From Caldisericota bacterium (lineage in GTDB: Bacteria; Bipolaricaulota; Bipolaricaulia; Bipolaricaulales; Bipolaricaulaceae): a stretch of 39,865 bases of DNA. The notes under the pieces are model-generated. The model did not search any database and was not told the DNA's origin. It saw nothing but the letters and a program-made list of their open reading frames with translations. The translations under genes were made by a program, and so were the position numbers. How positions within the stretch are numbered: position 1 is the stretch's first letter; each line of letters opens with the position of its first letter. The stretch covers positions 1-39,865 of the forward strand of contig JAADIW010000065.1 in assembly GCA_013151115.1 (NCBI GenBank). Direction: 5' to 3'. This document shows positions 17,404-25,452 of the stretch, piece by piece.

Positions 17404-17524
17404 ACCACCCCCCGGGAGCCCCGCGGGGGTAGGCGGTAACGGCCGTCACGGAAGGTTGTCCTGCGGGAAAGATCTTTTTCCGCAGTAGAATGCGTCGTCA
17501 AAGATCCAGGAAGGAGGGGATGTG

Positions 17525-19198
17525 ATGAGGAGGGTTTTGTTACCGCTTCTGGGCGTGGCGCTCTGCGGAGCCCTCGCCCTCTCACAGTGGGCCCCACATG
17601 ACCCAATCTATATCTTCGGCGATGAGGACTTCACCTGGGAGAACGGCGTCGTGGGCGGCTCGGGGACGCCGGACGATCCCTACATCATCGAGGGCTGGGT
17701 CATCGACACGTTGGGATACGATTACGGGATCTACATCGACAACACCACCGCACACTTCGTGATCAGGAACTGCGTCATCCGCTATCCCCAGGAGAAGGCG
17801 GGGATCTTCCTCTCCGCGGTAAAGAACGGCGTGATCGAGGACTGCGCCATCTGGGGCGGCCGGGTGGCGATCCAGCTCCTGGCGACGAACGATGTCACCA
17901 TCCGCGGGAACGCCATCGGCTACTGTGACTACGGGATCGTCATCTCCACGGGATCCAACGATAACCTCATCTACGGCAACTCCATCGTGGCCTGTGGCCT
18001 CCCCGCCCGGGACGAGGGGCTGAACAACCGTTGGTACCACGAGGGCAAGGGCAACTACTGGTCCGATTACCGTGGGGTGGACCTGGACGGCGACGGGATC
18101 GGCGACTCCTCCTACGAGATCGTGCCCGACCGGTTCCCCCTGATGGAGCCCCCGGTGGAGCTCCCCCCCGAGGCCCGACCCATGCGCACGGTGGATCTCT
18201 CCCAGGTCGAGGCGCGGGGGATCGTGGCCCTGGCGCCGGGGAGCCTGGTCCGGCTCACCGCGGTGGACGTGGGCGTGGGCGTGGACAAGATCTTCTACCG
18301 CCTGGAGGGGAAGGACTGGCAGGTCTATTCGGAGCCCTTCCCCCTGGAAGGGGCCGCGGTCGTCCGCATGGAGTACTACGCCGTGGACAAGCTCGGGAAC
18401 CGCGAGCCCACGAAGACCCTCACCATCTACCTCGACGCCGCTCCCCCGGTGACCCGCATCGTCCCCGGCGACCCGCACTACTACGCCCCCGACGGGAAGC
18501 TCTGGGCCACCTCGCGCACCCCGTTCGAGCTCACCGCCGAGGACGACTCGGGCGTGGCCCACATCTTCTACCGCATCGACCAGGGCAAGTGGCGCGCCTA
18601 CGAGGGCCCGTTCTACGTGCCCGGCCCCGAGGGACCCCACATGATCGAGTACTACTCCATCGACCTCTACGGGAACCGCGAGGCGGTGCAGTCGGTGGTG
18701 GTGTGGAAGGACGACTCCGCCCCCGAGACGACCAGCTCCCTCCAGCAGAAGGAGGAGGAGAGCCCTTTTGAGGAAACCCCGGCCCCGGGACCGGAGGCCC
18801 CCGGGCCCGCTCCCCAGACGGGCCCGGCACCGGGGGCCGGGGCCATGGGGTCCCCGACGGGCTTCGTGGTGAGCCTGGTGAAGGTGGAGTCCGTGGAGAA
18901 CACGGGCGTGGGGAGCGACTGGTCCTTCGCCGTGTCCATGGACGGCCTCTCCATGGACTTCTCCCCCGAATCCCTCCCCATCACCATCTACGAGGGGAAG
19001 CCCCGGGAGCTCACGGTGGAGCTCAGGGCCACCGAGGCCGATCAGCAACAGGACGACGTCGGCGTGGGGACCATCACCCTCACCCCGCCCTGGAGCCCGG
19101 GCGCCCGCACGGTCGACCTGTGGGTGTACGAGGACAACGTCCAGACCGCGGCCAAGAGGGCCCTGTGGCGCTTCACCCTGATGGTGGAGGGGAAGTAA
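17525..19198 (+). CDS. secreted multidomain protein: NosD-like right-handed beta-helix, two OmpL47/chitobiase-C-type repeats, Pro-rich linker, unknown C-terminal domain
   Basis: Signal peptide MRRVLLPLLGVALCGALALS. Beta-helix repeats (NTTAHFVIRNCVI, GVIEDCAIWGG, NDVTIRGNAIGY, NDNLIYGNSI) and GNYWSDY..DLDGDGIGD. Two copies of IFYR.(E/D).(G/Q)KW..Y..PF....(I/M)EYY(A/S).D..GNRE. ATG 7 nt after AGGAGG. Confidence 0.8.
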   Translation: MRRVLLPLLGVALCGALALSQWAPHDPIYIFGDEDFTWENGVVGGSGTPDDPYIIEGWVIDTLGYDYGIYIDNTTAHFVIRNCVIRYPQEKAGIFLSAVKNGVIEDCAIWGGRVAIQLLATNDVTIRGNAIGYCDYGIVISTGSNDNLIYGNSIVACGLPARDEGLNNRWYHEGKGNYWSDYRGVDLDGDGIGDSSYEIVPDRFPLMEPPVELPPEARPMRTVDLSQVEARGIVALAPGSLVRLTAVDVGVGVDKIFYRLEGKDWQVYSEPFPLEGAAVVRMEYYAVDKLGNREPTKTLTIYLDAAPPVTRIVPGDPHYYAPDGKLWATSRTPFELTAEDDSGVAHIFYRIDQGKWRAYEGPFYVPGPEGPHMIEYYSIDLYGNREAVQSVVVWKDDSAPETTSSLQQKEEESPFEETPAPGPEAPGPAPQTGPAPGAGAMGSPTGFVVSLVKVESVENTGVGSDWSFAVSMDGLSMDFSPESLPITIYEGKPRELTVELRATEADQQQDDVGVGTITLTPPWSPGARTVDLWVYEDNVQTAAKRALWRFTLMVEGK

Positions 19199-19225
19199 GT
19201 CGGGCCGATACGGCGGATCGCGACA

Positions 19226-19256
19226 GGGGGGCGGCCACACCGCCCCCCTTCCTTTT
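19226..19256 (+). terminator. intrinsic terminator
   Basis: GGGGGGCGG-CCACA-CCGCCCCCC followed by the T-rich tract TTCCTTTTCC, 28 nt after the stop of the beta-helix gene. Confidence 0.7.
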
Positions 19257-19299
19257 CCCCTCCCTTGAAACGCCGCGTCCCGCGGCGATAAAGGGGGCG

Positions 19300-20094
19300 A
19301 TGTTCCTCAGACGGTACCGACGGCGGCGCCTGCGGGCGCGGGAGTTCCCCCCCGAGTGGCTCCCCTTCCTGGAGCGCAACTTCCTCCACTACCGCCTCCT
19401 CCCCGAGCCCGACCTACGGGAGCTCCTGGGCCACGTCCAGGTCTTCCTCGCCGAGAAGAGATTCTTCGGGGGAGGGGGATTCGAGGTCACCGACGAGATG
19501 CGGGTCACCGTGGCGGCCTACGCGTGCCTGCTCCTCCTGCGCCGGACGACCGATTACTTCCCCCGTATGAGGACCGTGGTCCTCTACCCCGCCGAGTACC
19601 TCGCCCCCTACCGCGAGCGTGACCCCAGCGGGGTCGTGGTCGAGGGATACCAGGTGCGCTCCGGGGAGGCGTGGCAGCGGGGGCCGGTGGTGTTATCGTG
19701 GGAGGCGGTGCTGCGGGACTCCCGCAGGGGGCGGGGCTGCCGCCACGTGGTGATCCACGAGTTCGCCCATCAGCTCGATTACGAAAGCGGCTACGCCGAG
19801 GGGACGCCGGCCATCGCGGGGCGGGTGCCGCAGGAGGAATGGACCCGGGTGATGAGCGCGGAGTACCGCCGGTTGAGGCGGATGGCGCTCCTGGGGCGCC
19901 CCACCCTCCTCGACCGCTACGGCACGGAATTCCCGACCGAGTTCTTCGCCGTGGCGGTGGAGGCGTTCTTCATGTGCCCCTGGGAGCTCCACCGCCGTCA
20001 CCCCGACCTCTACCGGGCCCTCCGCGCCTTCTTCCGCCAGGACCCCGCCCGCGACTGGCCCCCGCCCCCGGGGGCGGACGGCCGCGCGACCTAG
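19300..20094 (+). CDS. MtfA-like zinc metallopeptidase (M90 / DUF980 family)
   Basis: 264 aa from ATG 19300. HEFAHQLD zinc motif and the surrounding MtfA-family layout. The upstream part of ORF 19120..20094 overlaps the preceding gene and terminator. Confidence 0.8.
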   Translation: MFLRRYRRRRLRAREFPPEWLPFLERNFLHYRLLPEPDLRELLGHVQVFLAEKRFFGGGGFEVTDEMRVTVAAYACLLLLRRTTDYFPRMRTVVLYPAEYLAPYRERDPSGVVVEGYQVRSGEAWQRGPVVLSWEAVLRDSRRGRGCRHVVIHEFAHQLDYESGYAEGTPAIAGRVPQEEWTRVMSAEYRRLRRMALLGRPTLLDRYGTEFPTEFFAVAVEAFFMCPWELHRRHPDLYRALRAFFRQDPARDWPPPPGADGRAT

Positions 20095-22070
20095 ACTTCC
20101 CCCCGGTCCACGAGGGCCAGGAAGGCCTTCACCACCCGGGGGTCGAACTGGGTCCCCGCCCCCCGCTCGAGCTCGCCGATCGCCGCTTCCCGGGACAGGG
20201 GGCCGCGATAGGGCCGCCCGCTCCTCATCGCGTCCCACGCGTCCACCACCGCGAAGATCCGGGCCGCGAGGGGTATCTCCTCGCCGCGGAGGCCGCGGGG
20301 GTAGCCCGTCCCGTCCCAGCGCTCGTGGTGGCAATAGGGGATGTGGAGCGCGGGGCGCAGGAACTCGATCTCGGAGAGGACCTCGTAGGCGTACACGGGG
20401 TGCTTCCGCATCACCTCCCACTCCTCCCCCGTCAGCGCGCCGGGCTTGAGCATGATGGAATCCGGGATCCCAAGCTTCCCGATGTCGTGGAGGAGCGCCC
20501 CCCACCGCATGTACATGAGCTCCTCCCCCCGTACGCCGAGCTCCCGGGCCAGCTTCACGGTGAGCTCCACGACGCGCTCGGTGTGCCCCTTGGTCTCGCG
20601 GTCCCGGAGCTCCAACAGCTGCCCCCAGCTCCGCAACGTCGCCTCGTACGCGATCCGCAGCTCGAAGTTGGTCCGCTGCAGCTCGCTGAGCAGGTTCGCG
20701 TTCTCCACCGCGATCGCCGCCTGGGACGCCAGCGCCTCCATGAAGTCGGTCCACTCCTCGGGAGGCCGCGGGGGCTCGCGGTGGAAGACCTCCAGCACCC
20801 CGAGGAGGCGCTGTTTCGAGATCATGGGAGCGATGTGGAGGGCGCGGAAGCCCTCCCCGCGGGCGGCCTCGATCAAGGGCGAGGGGATCTCCGGGGGCAG
20901 GGAGGGGATCTCCAGGAACAGCGGGCGGCGTTCCCTCGTCACGCGCCGGGCGAAGCTCCGGTTCAGGGGGATGCGCAGCCCCACCACCGCGGCCCCGAAC
21001 CCCCGGGCGCCGGCGACCCGGAGCGTCATGCTCTCCGGTTCGAGGAGCAACACCGCGGCGGCGTCCGCCCCCAGGCGATCCAGGGTCTCCTCCAGGAGGA
21101 CCTTGATGGTGAAATGCGGGTCCAGGTTGGAGGTGATGGCGAGATCGATCTCCCGCAGCGTCTGGAGGCGCTCCAGCCGCCGCTGGGTCTGTTCGAGGAG
21201 CTCGGCGCGCTGCAGAGAGGCCGCGGCCAGGTGCACCAGGAGGTGCGCCCCCATCAGGTCCAGCTCCGTGAACCTCTCGGGATCGTTCCCGTCGCCGATC
21301 GCCGCCACCCATCGGGGTCCACCCTCGCCCCCCACCGGGACGAGGATCGCCGACCGGAGGCCCAACGCCCCTCCCAGGACGCCCACCCCCGCGGCGATGT
21401 GGCGCAACACCTCGCCGCGTCCCCGCTCCGCCGCCCGCGCGAGGGGCTCCCGGGGATCATCGCGGGGCAGGGCGTACCCGGGGCGGATCCCGGGGGCGCC
21501 GCTCCATGCGGCCGCCCGCAGGACGAGCGCCTCCCCCTCTTCATCGGCCTCCCAGACCGTGACCGATTCGGCGTCGAACGCCTTCCGCAACCCCTCGGCG
21601 AGCGCGTCCAGGATCTCTTCCCGCCTCGCCAGGCCGGAGAGGGTCTCGGCCAGCGTCAGGGCATGGGCCTGGAACCGTTGGCGTCCTATGCTCTCCAACT
21701 CGAGGAAGATGGTCGCCGCGCGGCGCGCCAGCAGGAGGAGGAACTCCCCGCCGGGGGTCGGCCAGGGGACGAAGTCGATCTCGACCGGGACCAGCTCCCC
21801 GTTGCGGGCGCACAGGGTGGTCCGATGGGGGCGCTCCGCGTGGCGGGGAGCGGGACCTCGATCGCACCCCGCCTCGCGCAGCCGGGCATGTGCCCCGCGC
21901 AGGTGCGGGGGGATGAGCGCCTCCGCCGCCTGACCCACGAGCTCCCCGGGATCGTACCCCAGGAGCTCACGGGACCGCGCGTTGGCCCACCGGATGACCC
22001 CTTCCCGATCCACCAGGAGCGCCGTACAGGGGAGCGCCGAGAGGAGGGAAAGGACCTCTTCAGACGGCAA
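20091..22070 (-). CDS. PAS-GAF-GAF-HD-GYP signalling protein (probable c-di-GMP phosphodiesterase)
   Basis: N-terminal PAS (VIRWANARSRELLGYDPGELVG), two GAF-like regions, and a C-terminal HD-GYP domain (HTERV, LLHDIGKLGIP, HHERWDGTGYPRGL). TTG start 5 nt after GGGAG. Confidence 0.85.
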   Translation of the reverse strand: MPSEEVLSLLSALPCTALLVDREGVIRWANARSRELLGYDPGELVGQAAEALIPPHLRGAHARLREAGCDRGPAPRHAERPHRTTLCARNGELVPVEIDFVPWPTPGGEFLLLLARRAATIFLELESIGRQRFQAHALTLAETLSGLARREEILDALAEGLRKAFDAESVTVWEADEEGEALVLRAAAWSGAPGIRPGYALPRDDPREPLARAAERGRGEVLRHIAAGVGVLGGALGLRSAILVPVGGEGGPRWVAAIGDGNDPERFTELDLMGAHLLVHLAAASLQRAELLEQTQRRLERLQTLREIDLAITSNLDPHFTIKVLLEETLDRLGADAAAVLLLEPESMTLRVAGARGFGAAVVGLRIPLNRSFARRVTRERRPLFLEIPSLPPEIPSPLIEAARGEGFRALHIAPMISKQRLLGVLEVFHREPPRPPEEWTDFMEALASQAAIAVENANLLSELQRTNFELRIAYEATLRSWGQLLELRDRETKGHTERVVELTVKLARELGVRGEELMYMRWGALLHDIGKLGIPDSIMLKPGALTGEEWEVMRKHPVYAYEVLSEIEFLRPALHIPYCHHERWDGTGYPRGLRGEEIPLAARIFAVVDAWDAMRSGRPYRGPLSREAAIGELERGAGTQFDPRVVKAFLALVDRGEV

Positions 22071-22113
22071 ACGGACTCCCGTGGTCCATCACCTGCCCAT
22101 ACGCCGGTACCAC

Positions 22114-22142
22114 ATCCTAGGGCGGAAAAATACGAAAGTCAA
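22114..22142 (-). promoter_or_regulatory. sigma70-like promoter (TTGACT-N17-TAGGAT) for the HD-GYP gene
   Basis: Minus strand: TTGACT (22142..22137), 17 nt spacer, TAGGAT (22119..22114), about 45 nt upstream of the start codon. Confidence 0.5.
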
Positions 22143-22188
22143 CCCTTGCGTATCGTCCCGTTTGTCCGCCGGCCCTCTATGGGGTAAG

Positions 22189-22854
22189 GTGCCCCGTGCT
22201 CTGCGGAGCCGAGGAGGCGAAGGGAAGATTTTCATACCACGGGGACCGTCGCAGACCCTCGATGCCCTGGTGAGGATGGGCCTCGCCGGGGCGAGCGAGC
22301 TCGCCCGGGAGCTGGGGATCACCCAGGCGCGCGTCCGGCAGCACCTCCGCACCCTGATGCAACACGGGCTCGCGGAGGTGGCGTTCGCCCGGGCGGGGGG
22401 ACCGGGCCCCCGGGAGCGGGTCTGGCGTCCCACCCCGAAGGGGCAGGGCAACGCCCGCCCCCACCGGGTCCCGTCCCTCCTCGCCCTGTTCATGCGGGCC
22501 ACCCGGGAGAGGGTGGGGAGGGAGACGTTCGCCGAGCTCCTCCGGGAGACCGCGCGCCTGCTCGCGGCCGAACACGGCCCCGCCGTCGGCGCGCCCCTGT
22601 CCGAGAGGATAACGGTCCTCAGGGGCCTGCTCGACGAGCTCGCCGTGGCCTCCCGGCTGGAGGAGATCCCCCCGATGTACCGCTTACATCTCCTGACGCT
22701 CTCCCCCTGGGAACCGGGGATCACGGCGTCCGAGACGGGGATCTTCTACCGCGCGCTGGCCGAGGACCTCCTCGGCACCAGGGTGGAGCTGATTACCCCC
22801 TCCGCGCCCCACCTGGCCGTGCATACCCTCCAATTCCACGAAGCCCTGAACTGA
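22189..22854 (+). CDS. ArsR-type winged-helix transcriptional regulator with an uncharacterised C-terminal domain
   Basis: LDALVRMGLAGASELARELGITQARVRQHLRTLMQHGL is a clear wHTH. The start is uncertain: GTG 22189 is the first in-frame start clear of the divergent gene, while the ORF-track start at 21982 overlaps the HD-GYP gene. Confidence 0.7.
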   Translation: MPRALRSRGGEGKIFIPRGPSQTLDALVRMGLAGASELARELGITQARVRQHLRTLMQHGLAEVAFARAGGPGPRERVWRPTPKGQGNARPHRVPSLLALFMRATRERVGRETFAELLRETARLLAAEHGPAVGAPLSERITVLRGLLDELAVASRLEEIPPMYRLHLLTLSPWEPGITASETGIFYRALAEDLLGTRVELITPSAPHLAVHTLQFHEALN

Positions 22855-22895
22855 AAATGCCGTGAATGCGCCTCTTCAGCGGGATCCCTCCCGAC

Positions 22896-22928
22896 GACGC
22901 GGGGGCGCCGGCGCGGCGCCCCCGCGTC
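22896..22928. terminator. bidirectional GC hairpin between convergent genes
   Basis: GACGCGGGGGCGCC-GGCGC-GGCGCCCCCGCGTC, a perfect 14-bp stem, between the regulator gene (+) and hppA (-). No clear U-tract on either side. Confidence 0.5.
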
Positions 22929-22956
22929 AGCTCATCCGGTGCGGCCGGGCCCCCGA

Positions 22957-25158
22957 TCACATGAAGATGGGGTTCACCGGGAAGAGCGAGGCGAAGAGGA
23001 GCGAGATCACCGACATGAGCTTGATGAGGATGTCCAGCGAGGGCCCCACCGTGTCCTTGAGGGGGTCTCCCACGGTATCGCCCACCACGCTCGCCGCGTG
23101 GGCCTCGGATCCCTCGCCCCCGTAGTGGCCCAGCTCGATGTATTTCTTGGCGTTGTCCATCGCCCCTCCGGAGTTGGCACAGAAGATAGCGAGCTGGATC
23201 GCCGACAGCAGCGCGCCGAACAGCAACCCCGCCAGGGCGTACCGCCCGAACACGATCCCCACGAACAGCGGCGTCACCACCGCGATCACGGCGGGGAGGG
23301 TCATGTTCTTCAGGGCACCCCCGGCGGTGATGGAAATGCAGCGCTTGTAGTCGGCCACGGTCTCCCCGGTGAGGATCCCCGGGTTCTCCTTGAACTGGCG
23401 CCGGATCTCGAGGACGAGGACGTCCGCGGTGCGGGTGACCCCCCGGATGAGGATCGCCGAGAACACGTAGGGGAGCATCGCCCCCACGATCAGGCCGCCG
23501 ATCACCCACGGGCCGACCGAGATGAGCTGCCCGATGGGCGAGAGGGAGGGGTGGATCTCGCCGATCAGGGGCACCTGGGGTGGGAGCACCTGCTCCGCCG
23601 ACCCGATGGCGGACCAGAGGTACGAGGCGATGAGCCCCAGCGCCGCGAACGCCGCCGATCCGATGGCGAACCCCTTTCCGATGGCGGCGGTGGTGTTCCC
23701 CACGGCGTCCAGTTGGTCGGTGCGCTCCCGTACCTCCTTGGGGAGCTTCGCCATGGTGGCGATCCCGCCCGCGTTATCGGCCACCGGCCCGTAGGAGTCG
23801 ATGGACACGTTCATCCCCACGAACGAGAGCATCCCCGCGGCGGTGAACGCCACCCCGAGGAGGTTCCCGATGTAATACGCCAGGATCGTGGCGCCCACGA
23901 GCACGAGCACGGGCCAGAAGGTGGACAGCATCCCCACCGCCAGGCCGCTCGCCACCCCCACCCCGGGGCCCGCTTGGTTCGCCTCGGCGAGCTCCAGGGT
24001 AGGCTTGTATTTGTAGGAGGTGTAGTACTCCGAGAGCCTCCCGATGGCCACCCCGGCCACGAGGCCCAGGAGCACGGTGAAGAAGGGGACGAAGTTCGTC
24101 GGCGAGAGCCAGGAGATGATCAGGGCGAACACGGCCGTCAACGTCGCCGAGATCACCAACCCGTCGGAGAGGGCCCGCTGGGGATCGCTCCCGCTGCGCG
24201 AGCGGATGTAGAGGATCCCGAGCCACGAGGCGAACGTGCCGCCGGCCACCATGAGGACCGGGAGCAGGATGAGCCACCAGTACTGGGCCGCCCCTACATC
24301 GGTGGAGAGCCCGAACTTCTCGAGGATGTCCCCGATGCCGGGGTTGTGGCGGCCGACGTAGATGTAAAGGGCCATGACGATCACGGAGATGATGGAGCCG
24401 ATGAAGGACTCGAGGAGGTCCGCCCCCAGTCCCCCCACGTCGCCCACGTTGTCTCCCACGTTGTCGGCGATGGTGGCGGGGTTGCGGGGGTCATCCTCGG
24501 GGATCTTGGCCTCCACCTTGCCCACGATGTCGGCGGCCATATCGGCGGCCTTGGTGTAGATCCCTCCCCCCACGCGGTCGAACAGGGCCACCAACGAGGC
24601 CCCCGCCGAGTAGGCGGAGACGATCAGCGCCCCCTTGATGAAGTTCACCCCCGCCGCCTTTATGCCGAAGAGGTACTTGGTGTGGATGGCGAGGCTCTGG
24701 GGGTCGAACTCACGGCGGAAGAGGGCCAGCACGATGAGGAGCCCCCCCAGGGCGAGGCCCGCCACCGCCAGGCCCATGACGCTGCCCCCGGAGAAGGAGA
24801 CCCGGAGGGCGTCCTTCAGGGATTTCCGCGCCGCCTCGGTGGTGGGGGCGTTTGCCAGGGTGGCGGCGTTCATCCCGATGAACCCCGCCGCCATGGAGAA
24901 GAACGCCCCGATCCAGAACGAGAGCGCCACCTCCCAGTAGAAGAGGATCCAGAGGATTACCCCGATGGCCACGATGGCGATGGTCATGTGCTTGGCCTCT
25001 TCGATCATGAAGGTCATGGCGCCCTCGCGGATGTAGGTCTGGATCTCCTTCATCCGCTCCGTCCCGCGGGGTTGGCGGGCCACATAGGCGTTGTAGTAGG
25101 CCGCGCTTCCCAAAGCGAGGAGCGAAATCAGACCACTGACGACAATCAAGGCTGTCAT
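22957..25158 (-). CDS. hppA: membrane-bound cation-pumping pyrophosphatase (K+-dependent subfamily)
   Basis: 733 aa, about 16 TM segments. GGIYTKAADMAADIVGKVE, DNVGDNVGD and GNTTAAIGKGFAIGSAA motifs. GGAAGGAGGGGATAG RBS. Confidence 0.95.
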   Translation of the reverse strand: MTALIVVSGLISLLALGSAAYYNAYVARQPRGTERMKEIQTYIREGAMTFMIEEAKHMTIAIVAIGVILWILFYWEVALSFWIGAFFSMAAGFIGMNAATLANAPTTEAARKSLKDALRVSFSGGSVMGLAVAGLALGGLLIVLALFRREFDPQSLAIHTKYLFGIKAAGVNFIKGALIVSAYSAGASLVALFDRVGGGIYTKAADMAADIVGKVEAKIPEDDPRNPATIADNVGDNVGDVGGLGADLLESFIGSIISVIVMALYIYVGRHNPGIGDILEKFGLSTDVGAAQYWWLILLPVLMVAGGTFASWLGILYIRSRSGSDPQRALSDGLVISATLTAVFALIISWLSPTNFVPFFTVLLGLVAGVAIGRLSEYYTSYKYKPTLELAEANQAGPGVGVASGLAVGMLSTFWPVLVLVGATILAYYIGNLLGVAFTAAGMLSFVGMNVSIDSYGPVADNAGGIATMAKLPKEVRERTDQLDAVGNTTAAIGKGFAIGSAAFAALGLIASYLWSAIGSAEQVLPPQVPLIGEIHPSLSPIGQLISVGPWVIGGLIVGAMLPYVFSAILIRGVTRTADVLVLEIRRQFKENPGILTGETVADYKRCISITAGGALKNMTLPAVIAVVTPLFVGIVFGRYALAGLLFGALLSAIQLAIFCANSGGAMDNAKKYIELGHYGGEGSEAHAASVVGDTVGDPLKDTVGPSLDILIKLMSVISLLFASLFPVNPIFM

Positions 25159-25204
25159 CTATCCCCTCCTTCCCTCGGTGTGACCCGGTTCGCAAAGGAC
25201 CCCC

Positions 25205-25233
25205 AATTTATCGCCCGGATTTCGTGGCTGCAA
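25205..25233 (-). promoter_or_regulatory. sigma70-like promoter (TTGCAG-N17-TAAATT) for hppA
   Basis: Minus strand: TTGCAG (25233..25228), 17 nt spacer, TAAATT (25210..25205), about 45 nt upstream of the hppA ATG. Confidence 0.5.
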
Positions 25234-25452
25234 GCGCTTGCGGTTATCCGCGCCCCCGGAGGCAGCGGGACGGCGTCGCCCATGCTCCCCCGGGGCCCGG
25301 GGCGGACCGCATGTGCGGCTTGCCGCCCGTTCCCGTGGACATCTGTCCGTAAAGGTTGCGACAAACCGACCCCACCCACAACCCATCTTCCCGTGTGGGC
25401 CCCCGGGCCCCCGCTTAGGCTGGGGTCGACGCCCGTGTGAAAGGAGGGGGTT

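Noticed and set aside
22939-25440. 833-aa plus-strand ORF
   Set aside because: Antisense shadow of hppA. Arg/Gly/Pro/His/Asp-rich with no motifs. The opposite strand encodes an unmistakable membrane pyrophosphatase.
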